Assembly (NCBI GenBank): GCA_963752245.1
Contig: CAVVXO010000005.1
Coordinates: 34,418 to 98,417, forward strand
Source: an uncultured Alphaproteobacteria bacterium
GTDB lineage: Bacteria; Pseudomonadota; Alphaproteobacteria; Caulobacterales; Caulobacteraceae
Direction of reading: 5' to 3'
Length of the DNA stretch: 64,000 nt
Under the pieces are notes generated by a model that saw only the letters and a program-made list of their open reading frames with translations, was not told the DNA's origin and made no database searches. Below, piece by piece: positions 1 through 9,427 of this stretch (position 1 is its first letter; each line of letters begins with the position of its first letter). Position numbers and translations under genes: made by a program.

Positions 1-1
1 G

Positions 2-214
2 GCCTGGTCGGCGTGGAACGGCGACGGCGCGGCGGAGACCATGGCCGGCGATCGCGACGATCCGCCCTACGCCAGCGGTCTGGCGGCGTTGCGCGACGGC
101 TGGCGGCTGATCCAGGCCTCGCAACTCCTGCCGCACGCGCCGGGCGCCGAGTTCCGCACCGACTATCTCAAGTATGAGTTCTGGTTCGAGCGCATCGTCG
201 AGGCGGCCGGATGA
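2..214 (+). CDS. Small hypothetical protein, 5'-partial (C-terminal 70 aa)
   Basis: Open frame from base 2 (AWSAWNGDG...DPPYASGLAALRDGWRLIQASQL...KYEFWFERIVEAAG*); its TGA overlaps the next ATG (ATGA 211-214). Confidence 0.7.
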   Translation, partial: AWSAWNGDGAAETMAGDRDDPPYASGLAALRDGWRLIQASQLLPHAPGAEFRTDYLKYEFWFERIVEAAG

Positions 215-1122
215 GCCCGGCCGCCGCGCCCGCCGATCTCCGGTTGACGACGCTCGAGATGGCCCGTTTCGCCGCCGAGGGCTGCCTGCTGTTCCCTGGC
301 CTGATCGATCCGGCTCTGGGCGAGGCCTATGTCGCCGAAGTGCGCGCCGGCGCGTTGCCGGCCGTGCCCGCGGGAACGCCACTGGCCGAGGCCTATCCGC
401 CCGGTTCGGCCATCCACCGGTTCGTGCGCCAACCGAAGGTGGCGGCGATCATCGAAAGCCTTGTCGGCCCCGGCCCGCTGCTAGACCACCACTTCCCGCA
501 CGTCACCTTCTCGCCTGGATGGCTGGCCAAGCGCGGCCTCGAGCCGGCCGCGAGCCAGCACTGGCATCAGGACTCGACCATCGACATCCGCGCCGCCTTC
601 GACATTCAGCTCATGTGGTTCCCGCACGCGGTCAGCCCCGAGATGGGCGGCACGCGCTATCTGCCGGGCAGCCATTTGCGGATCGTCAGCGAGGCGGCGA
701 TCGCCCGCTATCAGAACATCGCCGGCCAGAAGCGGTTCGCCGGCCCGGCCGGCTCGGTGCTGGCGCTGCACCACGGAATTTGGCACGGAGCCGGGGCCAA
801 TCGCGCCGAGCGCAATCGCTTCATGTTCAAGCTGCGGCTCAATCCCGCCGTGCGCCAGGAGCGGCTGTGGAACACCGCCGACCTGCCGGCCGACACCCGC
901 CAGCAGCCGATCTTTCAGCCGACCGGCGCCCCGTCCGCCAATCCGATCCACGCCATCTTGTGCGCGCCGCAGCCGTGGTTCGAGGCGGACACCGAACGGC
1001 TGGAGTCCATCAACCGCATCCGCTTCTGGCGCCACCTCACCGGCGATCCGGGCTTCGACGCGGACTACTGGCTCACGCGCCTGGAGGCCGAGCCGGCCCG
1101 GCGGGCGGGCGACCGCCCCTGA
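211..1122 (+). CDS. Phytanoyl-CoA dioxygenase (PhyH)-family Fe(II)/2-oxoglutarate oxygenase
   Basis: HxD facial triad (HWHQD), GGTRYLPGSH, distal His in HHGIWHG, N-terminal FAAEGCLLFPGLI typical of PhyH. Confidence 0.85.
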   Translation: MSPAAAPADLRLTTLEMARFAAEGCLLFPGLIDPALGEAYVAEVRAGALPAVPAGTPLAEAYPPGSAIHRFVRQPKVAAIIESLVGPGPLLDHHFPHVTFSPGWLAKRGLEPAASQHWHQDSTIDIRAAFDIQLMWFPHAVSPEMGGTRYLPGSHLRIVSEAAIARYQNIAGQKRFAGPAGSVLALHHGIWHGAGANRAERNRFMFKLRLNPAVRQERLWNTADLPADTRQQPIFQPTGAPSANPIHAILCAPQPWFEADTERLESINRIRFWRHLTGDPGFDADYWLTRLEAEPARRAGDRP

Positions 1123-1138
1123 CTTTTGGGAGCGCGGC

Positions 1139-2230
1139 CTAGATCCCGCCGGGCTCCTCCAAAGCCGCCGAGCGGCTGAAGCGGATCACCACGCGCATGC
1201 CTCGTCCCGGACCGGAATCGACGTCGATTTGCGCTCCGGCGTTCTGGCGCAGGGCGCGGACGATCATCGCCCCGAGCTTGCCGGCCCGCGGCCACGCGAC
1301 CCCCTCCGGCAGTCCGACGCCGTCGTCGGCGTAGGCGACGGTGCAGCCCTCGCCATCGACCTTCGCCGACAGCGATACCTTGCCGCCGTCGCGTTCGATG
1401 AAGGCGTGCTTGAGCGAATTGGTCATCAGCTCGTTGATGACCAATCCGGCCGGCATGGCGACGTTCACCGACACCGGCCAGGCGTCCACCGAAAGATCGA
1501 GATGCGCCCCCTGGCTGGCGTGGGCGTGCATCACCGCCGAGGCGATCTCGCTGAGATAGACGCCGAGGTCGACGCTCACGGCGCCGCCATCCTGGCCGAG
1601 CAGACGATAGAGCAGGCTCAGCGCCTGAACTCGGCCGGCCAGACGGTCGAAGGCGGCGCTCGCCGCCGGCTCGACAAGGTTGCGCGCCTCGAGCCGGATG
1701 AGGGCGGTGATCATCTGCAGATTGTTGCGTACCCGGTGCTGCAGCTCGCGGAGCTCCACATCCTTGTCGCGCAACTGTTTGGCGAGATCGTCGCCATCGG
1801 GCGAGCCGATGCGCCCGGCCGCCGCCAGGGCGATCAGACGGAACAGCGGCCGATCATCGTCGCCGACGATGACGTTCGACCAGACGTCGACCTGACTCGA
1901 ACCGTCGGCGCGGTCGATGACGAAGGCGCCGATGTAGTCCTGCGCGTCGTCGGCGGCCTCGCCGAGGCGTTCGCCGGAGTGGTCGAGCTTCTCTCCGGGC
2001 ACCGCCGACCAGGGCTGGCCTTCCAGGCTGGCGGCGGCGCGGCCGGTCAGCCGCTCGAATTCGACGTTGACGTAGACGATCGTTTCCTTCTCGCCGAGTT
2101 CGGCCACCGCGATGGCGATCGGGACATGGTCGAGGAACTGCTTGAACCGGTCGCTTTCCAGGGCGTCGGCGAGCCCCGGAGAGTGCAGCAGGTCCTCCAC
2201 GCTCGCCTCGTGATCGTGATCGCTCGCCAA
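1139..2230 (-). CDS. Soluble PAS-domain sensor histidine kinase, HisKA_2 type
   Basis: PAS-like region (FLDHVPIAI, YVNVEFERLTG), H-box ELQHRVRNNLQ, N-box NELMTNSLKHAF, G-boxes DDGVGLP and GRGM; no TM segment; TTG start uncertain. Confidence 0.9.
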   Translation of the reverse strand: MASDHDHEASVEDLLHSPGLADALESDRFKQFLDHVPIAIAVAELGEKETIVYVNVEFERLTGRAAASLEGQPWSAVPGEKLDHSGERLGEAADDAQDYIGAFVIDRADGSSQVDVWSNVIVGDDDRPLFRLIALAAAGRIGSPDGDDLAKQLRDKDVELRELQHRVRNNLQMITALIRLEARNLVEPAASAAFDRLAGRVQALSLLYRLLGQDGGAVSVDLGVYLSEIASAVMHAHASQGAHLDLSVDAWPVSVNVAMPAGLVINELMTNSLKHAFIERDGGKVSLSAKVDGEGCTVAYADDGVGLPEGVAWPRAGKLGAMIVRALRQNAGAQIDVDSGPGRGMRVVIRFSRSAALEEPGGI

Positions 2231-2303
2231 CGACTTCCCCCGCTCCGCCGACCGGCCGCGACCTGGCGGCGATATCGCCTCCCTTTAGAGCTTCTGTCGA
2301 GCC

Positions 2304-4499
2304 TTATCTTCGCTTTGGGGTCGGCGCCGAGGAGGGCGTGGCGGGCGAGAGGGAGGTCTCGAGGTCGCAACCGCGGGCCTCGATGCACCCGGCTGGCCCG
2401 CGAACGACCTCCCAGCGCGTTTGCTCGCCGTCGCGCCACAGCCGCACGTCGAAACAGCGCTCGCCCAGGCGCAGGTCCGCCAGAGAGAGCTCGGCCATCC
2501 AATCAGGCAGCGCCGGATCGATGTAGAGCTTGCCGGCCGGCGCGTCCGGCACAAGACCAAGGATGGTCTGGACGAAGTGGAAACAGGAGCCGGCGGCCCA
2601 CGCCTGGGGCACGTTGGCCCCTTGATACTGCACCGGAAAGGTGGTCGGGGTTCGCGTCAGGCCGGCGTAGAGCTCCGGCTGGCGATAGGACATGAAGAAG
2701 CTGGCGGCGGCGCTGACGTCGCGGGCGAGGCGCAGCGCCTCCTCGCGAAATCCGTAGCGGCGGAAACCCGCCGCGATGATGCCGTTGTCGTGCGGCCAGA
2801 CCGAGCCGACCTGATAGGAGTGCGGGTTGTAGGCCGGGTGATCGGCGGAAAGCGTCCGCACGCCCCAGCCGCTCGACATGTCCGGACGCAATAGCCGCTC
2901 GACGACCCGGCCGGCGCGGTCGGGCGGCACGATGCCTGACCACAGGCAGTGTCCGGGATTGGAGGCGATGCTCCACACCGGCCGCTTCTCGCCGTCGAGG
3001 CAGAAGGCGTAGAAGCCTAGGTCTTCGCTCCAGAACGCCTCATTGAATGCCTTGAACATAGCGGCGGCCTTGCCGCGCAATCTTTCGGCCTTCTTTGCCT
3101 TGCCGAGTTCGTCGTAGACCTCCGCCATGCGCAGCCAGGCGTCGTAGACGTAGCCCTGCAATTCGCACAGCGCCTTCGGTCCCTTGACCAAGGCGCCGTC
3201 CGTATAGACCAGCGCCTCGCCGGAATCCTTCCAGCCCTGGTTCTCATAGCCGGCCGACGAGCGGGTCTGATATTCCTGGAATCCGTCGCCGTCCCGGTCG
3301 CCGAAGTCGTCGATCCAGCCGAGGCAGCGTTCGGCCGTGGCGAGGTGCTTTTGCAGCAAGCCGCGATCTCCGGTCCACTTCCAGGCGTTGTGCAGCAGGA
3401 TGAGGTAGAGGGGGGTGGCGTCGGCGGTGCCGTAGTAGGGCGTGTGCGGAATGAGCTTGAAGTGCGCCAGCTCGCCGACCCGCAGTTCGTGCATGATCTT
3501 GCCGGGTTCGGCGTCGCGCCAGTCGTCGCGCTCGCGCGCCTGATAGCGGGCGAGGACGTCGAGCGCGCCGCGAGCGAAGTCCGGATACAGGATTCCATTC
3601 TGCAGGGAGACGATCAGGCTGTCGCGCCCAAACAGGCCGACGAACCAGGGAACGCCGGCGGCCGGCACGAACTCCATGTGCCCGGTGCCTTCCAGCGGCA
3701 GGCGCAGGGCGGCGATGTCTTCCGCCGCCTGGTTGTAATAGCGCAGGAAGTCGTCCGCGTCCGTGGTGATCTTCAGCGTCCTGTCGCGCCACTGGCCGCG
3801 CTTCTTGGCCGCCGGCGCATGCAGGAAGGCGTCGACACAGGCCGCCGATCCCCGCATTTGCTCGCCGTCCAGGCCGAATCGGTAGATCAGGCAGGCGTGC
3901 CAAGCCTCGCCGGGCTCCAGCGCGATATCGAAGCTGATCCGGCCATTGGCGTAGACCGGCCTGGTCGGGCAGCGGCGCACGCTGACGGTGAGCTCGCGCC
4001 TGAAATCGCGGTTGACGTAGGCGGTGCGCAGCCGCGCCCCGCGCGCCGACCAGTCGGTGGTCACCTGGCCGCGGCGGATGACCCGCTTCGACTTCACCTC
4101 GAAGAGATCGGCGAAGTCGCTGCGCATGGCGATCTCGAGATTGAAGCGCGCCGGCTTCGAACCGTAGTTGCGCAGGTCGAAGTCCTCGTGCAGGCCCTCG
4201 CCGATCACCCGGCCGATGACGAGGCCGATGCTGCCGCCGGGAATCTCGCCCTCGGCGGCGACGATGGGCCGGTTGAGCAGGTAGATCTTGGCGGCGCAGT
4301 GGGCGAGGTTGGCGGCGTTGAGCAGATCCCACTCCTGGCCGTCGGCGAACAGCGCCCAGCTCGACAGGATGCGGGTGTCGCAGACATAGAGCCCTTTGTC
4401 GGTCGGCCAATCGATCCGGCCGTCCTGCTCGGTGATGAGGACGCAGTGACCCTGGTTGATCGCCAGTCTGGGGGGGCCGACGGAAATCTCCAGCGCCAT
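2304..4499 (-). CDS. Amylo-alpha-1,6-glucosidase (glycogen-debranching-enzyme-like) hydrolase, copy 1
   Basis: GDE N-domain (GLYVCDTRILS), AAGVPWFVGLFGRDSLI, EPGKIMHELR, YYGTADATPL, NQGWKDS, YQVGSVWPHDN, PQAWAAG. Confidence 0.92.
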   Translation of the reverse strand: MALEISVGPPRLAINQGHCVLITEQDGRIDWPTDKGLYVCDTRILSSWALFADGQEWDLLNAANLAHCAAKIYLLNRPIVAAEGEIPGGSIGLVIGRVIGEGLHEDFDLRNYGSKPARFNLEIAMRSDFADLFEVKSKRVIRRGQVTTDWSARGARLRTAYVNRDFRRELTVSVRRCPTRPVYANGRISFDIALEPGEAWHACLIYRFGLDGEQMRGSAACVDAFLHAPAAKKRGQWRDRTLKITTDADDFLRYYNQAAEDIAALRLPLEGTGHMEFVPAAGVPWFVGLFGRDSLIVSLQNGILYPDFARGALDVLARYQARERDDWRDAEPGKIMHELRVGELAHFKLIPHTPYYGTADATPLYLILLHNAWKWTGDRGLLQKHLATAERCLGWIDDFGDRDGDGFQEYQTRSSAGYENQGWKDSGEALVYTDGALVKGPKALCELQGYVYDAWLRMAEVYDELGKAKKAERLRGKAAAMFKAFNEAFWSEDLGFYAFCLDGEKRPVWSIASNPGHCLWSGIVPPDRAGRVVERLLRPDMSSGWGVRTLSADHPAYNPHSYQVGSVWPHDNGIIAAGFRRYGFREEALRLARDVSAAASFFMSYRQPELYAGLTRTPTTFPVQYQGANVPQAWAAGSCFHFVQTILGLVPDAPAGKLYIDPALPDWMAELSLADLRLGERCFDVRLWRDGEQTRWEVVRGPAGCIEARGCDLETSLSPATPSSAPTPKRR

Positions 4500-4515
4500 T
4501 TTGGTGTCTCTCCCC

Positions 4516-5526
4516 TCAGCCCTGGCGGTCGGCCGCGGCGGGCGCTTCCTTGTGGCCGCCGAACCCCATGCGCATGGCCGACAGCATCTTGTCGGCGAAG
4601 CCGTGGTCCTGGCGCGAGCGGAAGCGGGCGAAGAGGGCGGCGGCCAGCGCCGGCATCGGCACGGCGCGGGCGATGCCGTTCTCCAGCGTCCATCGCCCCT
4701 CGCCGGTGTCGGCGACCACCCCGCCGTAGCCCGCCAGATCTGGGGCGTCGGCCAACTGACCGGCGATCAGATCGAGCAGCCAGGAGGCCACGACGCTGCC
4801 GCGCCGCCACACCTCGGCGACGTCGGGGAGATCGAGATCGTAGCGCGGCAGGTCCGCGCCCTCGCCAGAGCCGCCGGGGCCGCCATCCTGAGCGCGCAGG
4901 AGGGCGAACCCCTCGGCGTAGGCCTGCATCATGCCATACTCGATGCCGTTGTGGACCATCTTGACGAAGTGGCCGGCGCCCGGCGGACCGGCATGGATGT
5001 ACCCCCGCTCCGCCCGATCGTCGCGGGCGTGCGGTCGCTGGGTGCGCTCTATCGAGCCCAATCCGGGAGCCAGGGCGGCGAAGATCGGCTCCAGCGTTTC
5101 GAAGGCCTGGCGGTCGCCGCCGACCATCAGGCAGAACCCGCGCTCCAGGCCCCAGACGCCGCCCGAGGTGCCGACATCGAGATAGGCGACCCCGCGCTTG
5201 GCCAGGTCGGTCGCCCGGCGCACGTCGTCCCGGTAGAAGCTGTTGCCTCCATCAATCAGCACATCGCCAGGCCCGAGCCGCTCGCCGAGGCTCTCGACCG
5301 CCGCTTCGGTGATCGCGCCGGCGGGCAGCATCAGCCAGATGCGACGCGGAGGGACGAGACGATCGACGAGCGCCTCCAGGCTGGCGACCGCCGTCGCGCC
5401 GTCGCTCGCCAGAGCGGCGCCCGGCGCGGGATCGCGGTCGAACACGACGCAGCCATGGCCGGCGCGCATCACGCGCCTGGCGATCGCCGCGCCCATGCGG
5501 CCAAGGCCAACGACCCCCAGTTCCAT
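4516..5526 (-). CDS. gnd: Decarboxylating 6-phosphogluconate dehydrogenase (short form)
   Basis: Start MELGVVGLGRMG (Rossmann), DGGNS, DVGTSGGVWG, GHFVKMVHNGIEYG, DTGEGRWT, AMRMGFGGH. Confidence 0.95.
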   Translation of the reverse strand: MELGVVGLGRMGAAIARRVMRAGHGCVVFDRDPAPGAALASDGATAVASLEALVDRLVPPRRIWLMLPAGAITEAAVESLGERLGPGDVLIDGGNSFYRDDVRRATDLAKRGVAYLDVGTSGGVWGLERGFCLMVGGDRQAFETLEPIFAALAPGLGSIERTQRPHARDDRAERGYIHAGPPGAGHFVKMVHNGIEYGMMQAYAEGFALLRAQDGGPGGSGEGADLPRYDLDLPDVAEVWRRGSVVASWLLDLIAGQLADAPDLAGYGGVVADTGEGRWTLENGIARAVPMPALAAALFARFRSRQDHGFADKMLSAMRMGFGGHKEAPAAADRQG

Positions 5527-5610
5527 GACAGCTGTCCTCCATCGCGACGATCCGGCCCCCGCGCCGCGCCGCGATGCGCCACAAACCCCGCCGCCGCCGG
5601 CCGCGAAAGA

Positions 5611-5638
5611 GCAACCCTCGAGCCACGCCGGCCGTTCC
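5611..5638. promoter_or_regulatory. Overlapping divergent SigT/EcfG-type promoters (gnd and metallophosphoesterase)
   Basis: Minus strand GGAAC(5638-5634)-N17-GGTT(5616-5613) facing gnd; plus strand GCAAC(5611-5615)-N17-CGTT(5633-5636) facing the phosphoesterase; each is one mismatch from GGAAC-N16/17-CGTT. Confidence 0.6.
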
Positions 5639-5683
5639 CTCGGGGCGCCATCGCGGGGGCGCGCGGCGACCGGAGGGCTGCCC

Positions 5684-6478
5684 ATGCGACTGGCGCACCT
5701 GTCCGACATCCATTTTGGCGGCGAAAATCGCGAAGCGCTGGCGGCCGCGACCGACTTCCTCGCCAGCCATCCGGTCGATCTGACGGTGATCACCGGCGAC
5801 ATCACCCTCTATGGCGCGGTCGAGGAGTTCGCCGCCGCCCGGCGCTGGCTGGCGCGGCTGAACGGACCGGTCCTCGCCACGCCGGGCAATCACGACACGC
5901 CGTGGGCCGGGCTATTTGACCGGATGACCGCACCCTTTGAACGATACGAAGCGGCGGTTGGTCCTTCGCGCGAGGCGAGCTTCGCCCGATCCGGCCTTTT
6001 CGCTCGCTGCCTCAACACCGCGCGCGGTTGGCAGCTGCGCCTGAACTGGTCCAAGGGCGCGGTGTCGGCCGGTCAGGTCCGGCGCGGCTCGGCCGCCTTC
6101 GCGGCGGCGCCGGCGGAGGCGACGCGACTGCTGGCCTGTCATCATCCGCTGGTGGAAATCCCGGGGGAGCCGATCACCGCCGGCGTGCGCGGCGGCGCGA
6201 GAGCGGCGGCGGCCTTCGCGGCGGCCGGCGTCGATGTCATTCTGAGTGGCCATCTGCACGCCGCCTTCGTCGAAGCGCTGCCGGTCGGCGACGGCGCGAC
6301 GCTGGCCGTCGGGGCCGGCACCCTGTCGCTGCGCGAGCGCGGCGAGCCGGCGAGCTTCAACCTGATCGAGCTGGGCGAGGACGAGCTGGCGGTCACCGTG
6401 ATGGCGTTCGAGAATGGCCGCCTCAGCCACGCGCCCGCTCGCGCCGCGCCGCTGCGCCGCCGGCGACACCGCTCATGA
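5684..6478 (+). CDS. Calcineurin-like metallophosphoesterase
   Basis: MRLAHLSDIHFG (DxH), TGDIT, PGNHD, CHHP, SGHLH metal-binding motifs. Confidence 0.93.
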   Translation: MRLAHLSDIHFGGENREALAAATDFLASHPVDLTVITGDITLYGAVEEFAAARRWLARLNGPVLATPGNHDTPWAGLFDRMTAPFERYEAAVGPSREASFARSGLFARCLNTARGWQLRLNWSKGAVSAGQVRRGSAAFAAAPAEATRLLACHHPLVEIPGEPITAGVRGGARAAAAFAAAGVDVILSGHLHAAFVEALPVGDGATLAVGAGTLSLRERGEPASFNLIELGEDELAVTVMAFENGRLSHAPARAAPLRRRRHRS

Positions 6479-7371
6479 GCGGAACGCCCTTCCCGCTCGC
6501 CGGCAAACGGCTGATCGCCGTGCTGAACAGCGCCAGCGGCGGCTGCGACTCCGCCGCCGCCGAGCGAATGCGCACCCTGATGCACGAGGCCTTGCCCGCC
6601 AACGGCGAAGCCCGGCCGCATGTCGTCGTGGTCTCGCCCAAGCACATCGAGCGGGCTCTGGCTCGGGCGGCGCGGACGGCGGACGTTCTCGTGGCGCTGG
6701 GCGGCGATGGCACCCTGCGCACCGCCGCGACGCTGTGCGCCCGGCTCGGCAAGCCGCTCGTTCCCTTGGCCGGCGGCACCATGAACATGCTGCCGCGAGC
6801 CCTCTACGGCGACCTGCCCTGGGATGAGGCGCTGGCGCGGACACTGGCCGAGCCGACGCTCAGGCCCGTCAGTGGCGGGATCGTCGAAAAGGAGATGTTT
6901 TTCTGCGCCGCCATCCTGGGCGCGCCGTCGCTATGGGCGGAGGCCCGCGAAGCGGTGCGCCGCGTCCGGCCGGTCGAAGCGGTGCGCCGCGCCTGGATCG
7001 CCCTGCGGCGCAGCACCCTCGAGTCGCTCGACTACCAGCTGGAGGATGGCGCCTTGGCGACGGCGGAGGCGGTGGCGGTGATCTGTCCGCTGATCTCGCG
7101 CGCCATGGACGCCGCCGAGCAGTCGCTGGAGGTCGCCGCCGTCGAGCCGGTCGCCGCCGCCTCCCTGTTCCGCCTCGCCTTCCACGCCCTGTTCGACGAC
7201 TGGCGCCGCGATCCGGCGGTCACGGTGACCAAGGTCCGCCGTCTGACGGCGGAGGCGAACGGCCGACTGCCGGTCATCCTCGACGGCGAGACCGTGCGTA
7301 TGGGCCGGCGCGTGCGCGTGCGCTTCGTCTCGGCGGCGTTCCAGGCGGTGGCGCCGGCCGGCGAGTGCTGA
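6475..7371 (+). CDS. Diacylglycerol/sphingosine kinase-family lipid kinase
   Basis: VLNSASGG, GGDGT, GGTMNMLPR, ILDGE motifs; ATGA overlap with the upstream gene. Confidence 0.9.
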   Translation: MSGTPFPLAGKRLIAVLNSASGGCDSAAAERMRTLMHEALPANGEARPHVVVVSPKHIERALARAARTADVLVALGGDGTLRTAATLCARLGKPLVPLAGGTMNMLPRALYGDLPWDEALARTLAEPTLRPVSGGIVEKEMFFCAAILGAPSLWAEAREAVRRVRPVEAVRRAWIALRRSTLESLDYQLEDGALATAEAVAVICPLISRAMDAAEQSLEVAAVEPVAAASLFRLAFHALFDDWRRDPAVTVTKVRRLTAEANGRLPVILDGETVRMGRRVRVRFVSAAFQAVAPAGEC

Positions 7372-7454
7372 AGCCAAGACGGACATCCATCAAATGGCTC
7401 GTCGGCCTCATCGGCATTTCAGACACTCGTTGGCCCTGAGCGCCGCGCCGCGCC

Positions 7455-8528
7455 CTACCGTCCCTTGAAGCGCCCGGCCGCCGACTTCGTCGTGGCCGCC
7501 GCCTCGCCCTTCGGTTCCGACGGCGAGCGGCCGGCGCTCTGGTGTTCGATGGCGGCGTTGAGCTCGGCGCCGGCGAGCACGATCAGCGCCGATAGCCACA
7601 GCCACAGCATGAAGGCGATCGCGGTGGCGAGCGAGCCGTAGGTGCGCCCGAGGTGCGCGAAGTGCGAAATATAATAAGAGAACGCTCCCGAGGCGGCGAC
7701 CCACAGAATGGTGGCCGAGGCGCTGCCCCAGGTGATCCAGCGCCATCGCTCGAATGGCCGGCAGGGGCCAAAGCGATAGAGCACGCAAAGGCTGGCGATG
7801 CAGGCCATCAGCAGCAGCGGCCAGCGCAGCAGGTTGAAGCCGATTTCCGCCGCTGATCCGAGATAGCTCTTGACCAGGGCGCCGGCGCCGAGCGCGACGC
7901 TGGCCGACGCGGCGAACAACAGCAGGCCGATTGTCAGGGCCAGCGAAACGGCGATCTGAGTGAAAAAGCCCCGCTTTTCCCTCGCCTCGTAGGCGACGTT
8001 CAGACCGACCATCATCGCCCGCATCGCGCCATTGGCGCTCCACAGCGAAATCACCGCGCCCAGAATCAACGTGACCGACAGACCGCCGGAGCGCGACTGG
8101 GCGAGGCGCATCATCTCCTGGCCGATCACCGCCAGTATGTCCCTCGGCAGCACGGCCGAGAGGGCGCCGATCTGATCGCGGACCGAATTCACGTCGGCGA
8201 CCAAGCCATAGAAGGCGACGAACGCCGCGAGGGCGGGAAACACCGCCAGCACGATGTTGTAGGTGACGCCGGCGGCGATGATCGAGATATTGTCCTTGTT
8301 GAAGTCGGCCCAGACGCGGGCGGCGATCTCGCGCCAGCCCTTGGCCGGGATGGCGGTCGGGCTGTCGACCTTGGGACGGCGCCAGGCGCGCCCGTCGCGG
8401 GCGGCGGCGACCCCGGCGACGAGAAGGGCCGAGGCGCCGGCTTCCAGCCCGGTCAACCACCATGGCGACGCTTCCTTGCGCGGCGCCGCGGGGGGCGACC
8501 GCGGGCGTCGTCGGCGGAGCGGCTTCAC
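7455..8528 (-). CDS. YihY/virulence factor BrkB-family membrane protein
   Basis: DNISIIAAGVTY..LAVFPAL, GLNVAYEARE, YGSLATAIAFMLWLW, GAELNA; GTG start overlaps the upstream stop (GTGA 8528-8525). Confidence 0.9.
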   Translation of the reverse strand: MKPLRRRRPRSPPAAPRKEASPWWLTGLEAGASALLVAGVAAARDGRAWRRPKVDSPTAIPAKGWREIAARVWADFNKDNISIIAAGVTYNIVLAVFPALAAFVAFYGLVADVNSVRDQIGALSAVLPRDILAVIGQEMMRLAQSRSGGLSVTLILGAVISLWSANGAMRAMMVGLNVAYEAREKRGFFTQIAVSLALTIGLLLFAASASVALGAGALVKSYLGSAAEIGFNLLRWPLLLMACIASLCVLYRFGPCRPFERWRWITWGSASATILWVAASGAFSYYISHFAHLGRTYGSLATAIAFMLWLWLSALIVLAGAELNAAIEHQSAGRSPSEPKGEAAATTKSAAGRFKGR

Positions 8529-9427
8529 GGCGCGCTCCCGCGCAGGCGGTTGTGGATGTCGGTCGCGGCGATGGCGCCCTCGGCCGTGGCGACGGCGATC
8601 TGGTTGAGGCCGCGGACGATGTCGCCGGCGGCGTAGAGCCCCTCGATGCTGGTGCGCTGGTGGGCGTCGACCCGGATCATGCCCTGCTCGTCGCGGGCGA
8701 GATCGGCGTGCAGCGCCGGGCCAGACGCCGGGCGACAGCCGAGCGCCAGGTAGAGATGATCGAAGCGGCGACTGGCGGAGCCCTCTCGCCGCAGTTCGCA
8801 TCCAGCTTCGACGAAGGCGAGAGCGGCCCCGGCCATCGGGATCGCCTCGATGCCGGCGCCGTCGAGGCGTTCGCGGCTTTCGGTCGAAAGCGCGTCCGCA
8901 TCGTCGGCGAGCAGCAGGACGACCCGGCTCGAATAGTGCCGAAGGAAGAGAGCCTCGCGCGTGCCGAGCTCGCCACTTCCCAGCACCGCGATCCGCCGGT
9001 CGATGGCCTCGTAGGCGTCGCAGATAGGACACAGCCGGGCGCGGCTGTCGCGCAGGGCGGCGTCGAGGCCGGCGATCGGCGGCAGGACATCCTCGATGCC
9101 GTTGGCGAGAATGGCGAAGCTTGCCGTCAGCACCTCGCCGTCCACCGTGATCGCGAAACCCCCGTCCGCCCGGTCGAGCCGTGTGGCCGGCGCCGCGCGC
9201 ACCAGGGCGCCGTAGGAAGCCGCTTGGTCGCGCAGGCGCCGCAGCAAGGCGTCGCCGGAGATGCCGCGATCAAATCCGGGCGTGTTGTGGCTCTCCGGAA
9301 TCCAGCCGGCGCGAGACCGTCCGCCGTCCAGCACCACGGCCCGGCGGCGGAAACGGCCAAGATAGGTGGCCGCCGCGAGGCCCGCCGGGCCGGCGCCGAT
9401 CACCACAGCGTCCAACCCCGGCGTCAT
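8525..9427 (-). CDS. Thioredoxin-reductase-like NAD(P)/FAD oxidoreductase
   Basis: GAGPAGLAAA FAD site, redox CxxC (CPICD), GLYAAGDI; ATGA overlap with the SemiSWEET stop. Confidence 0.9.
   Translation of the reverse strand: MTPGLDAVVIGAGPAGLAAATYLGRFRRRAVVLDGGRSRAGWIPESHNTPGFDRGISGDALLRRLRDQAASYGALVRAAPATRLDRADGGFAITVDGEVLTASFAILANGIEDVLPPIAGLDAALRDSRARLCPICDAYEAIDRRIAVLGSGELGTREALFLRHYSSRVVLLLADDADALSTESRERLDGAGIEAIPMAGAALAFVEAGCELRREGSASRRFDHLYLALGCRPASGPALHADLARDEQGMIRVDAHQRTSIEGLYAAGDIVRGLNQIAVATAEGAIAATDIHNRLRGSAP

Noticed and set aside
1126-1160. GGGAGCGCGGCCT as a further copy of the REP-like element
   Set aside because: Only a partial, mismatched left arm with no matching right arm.
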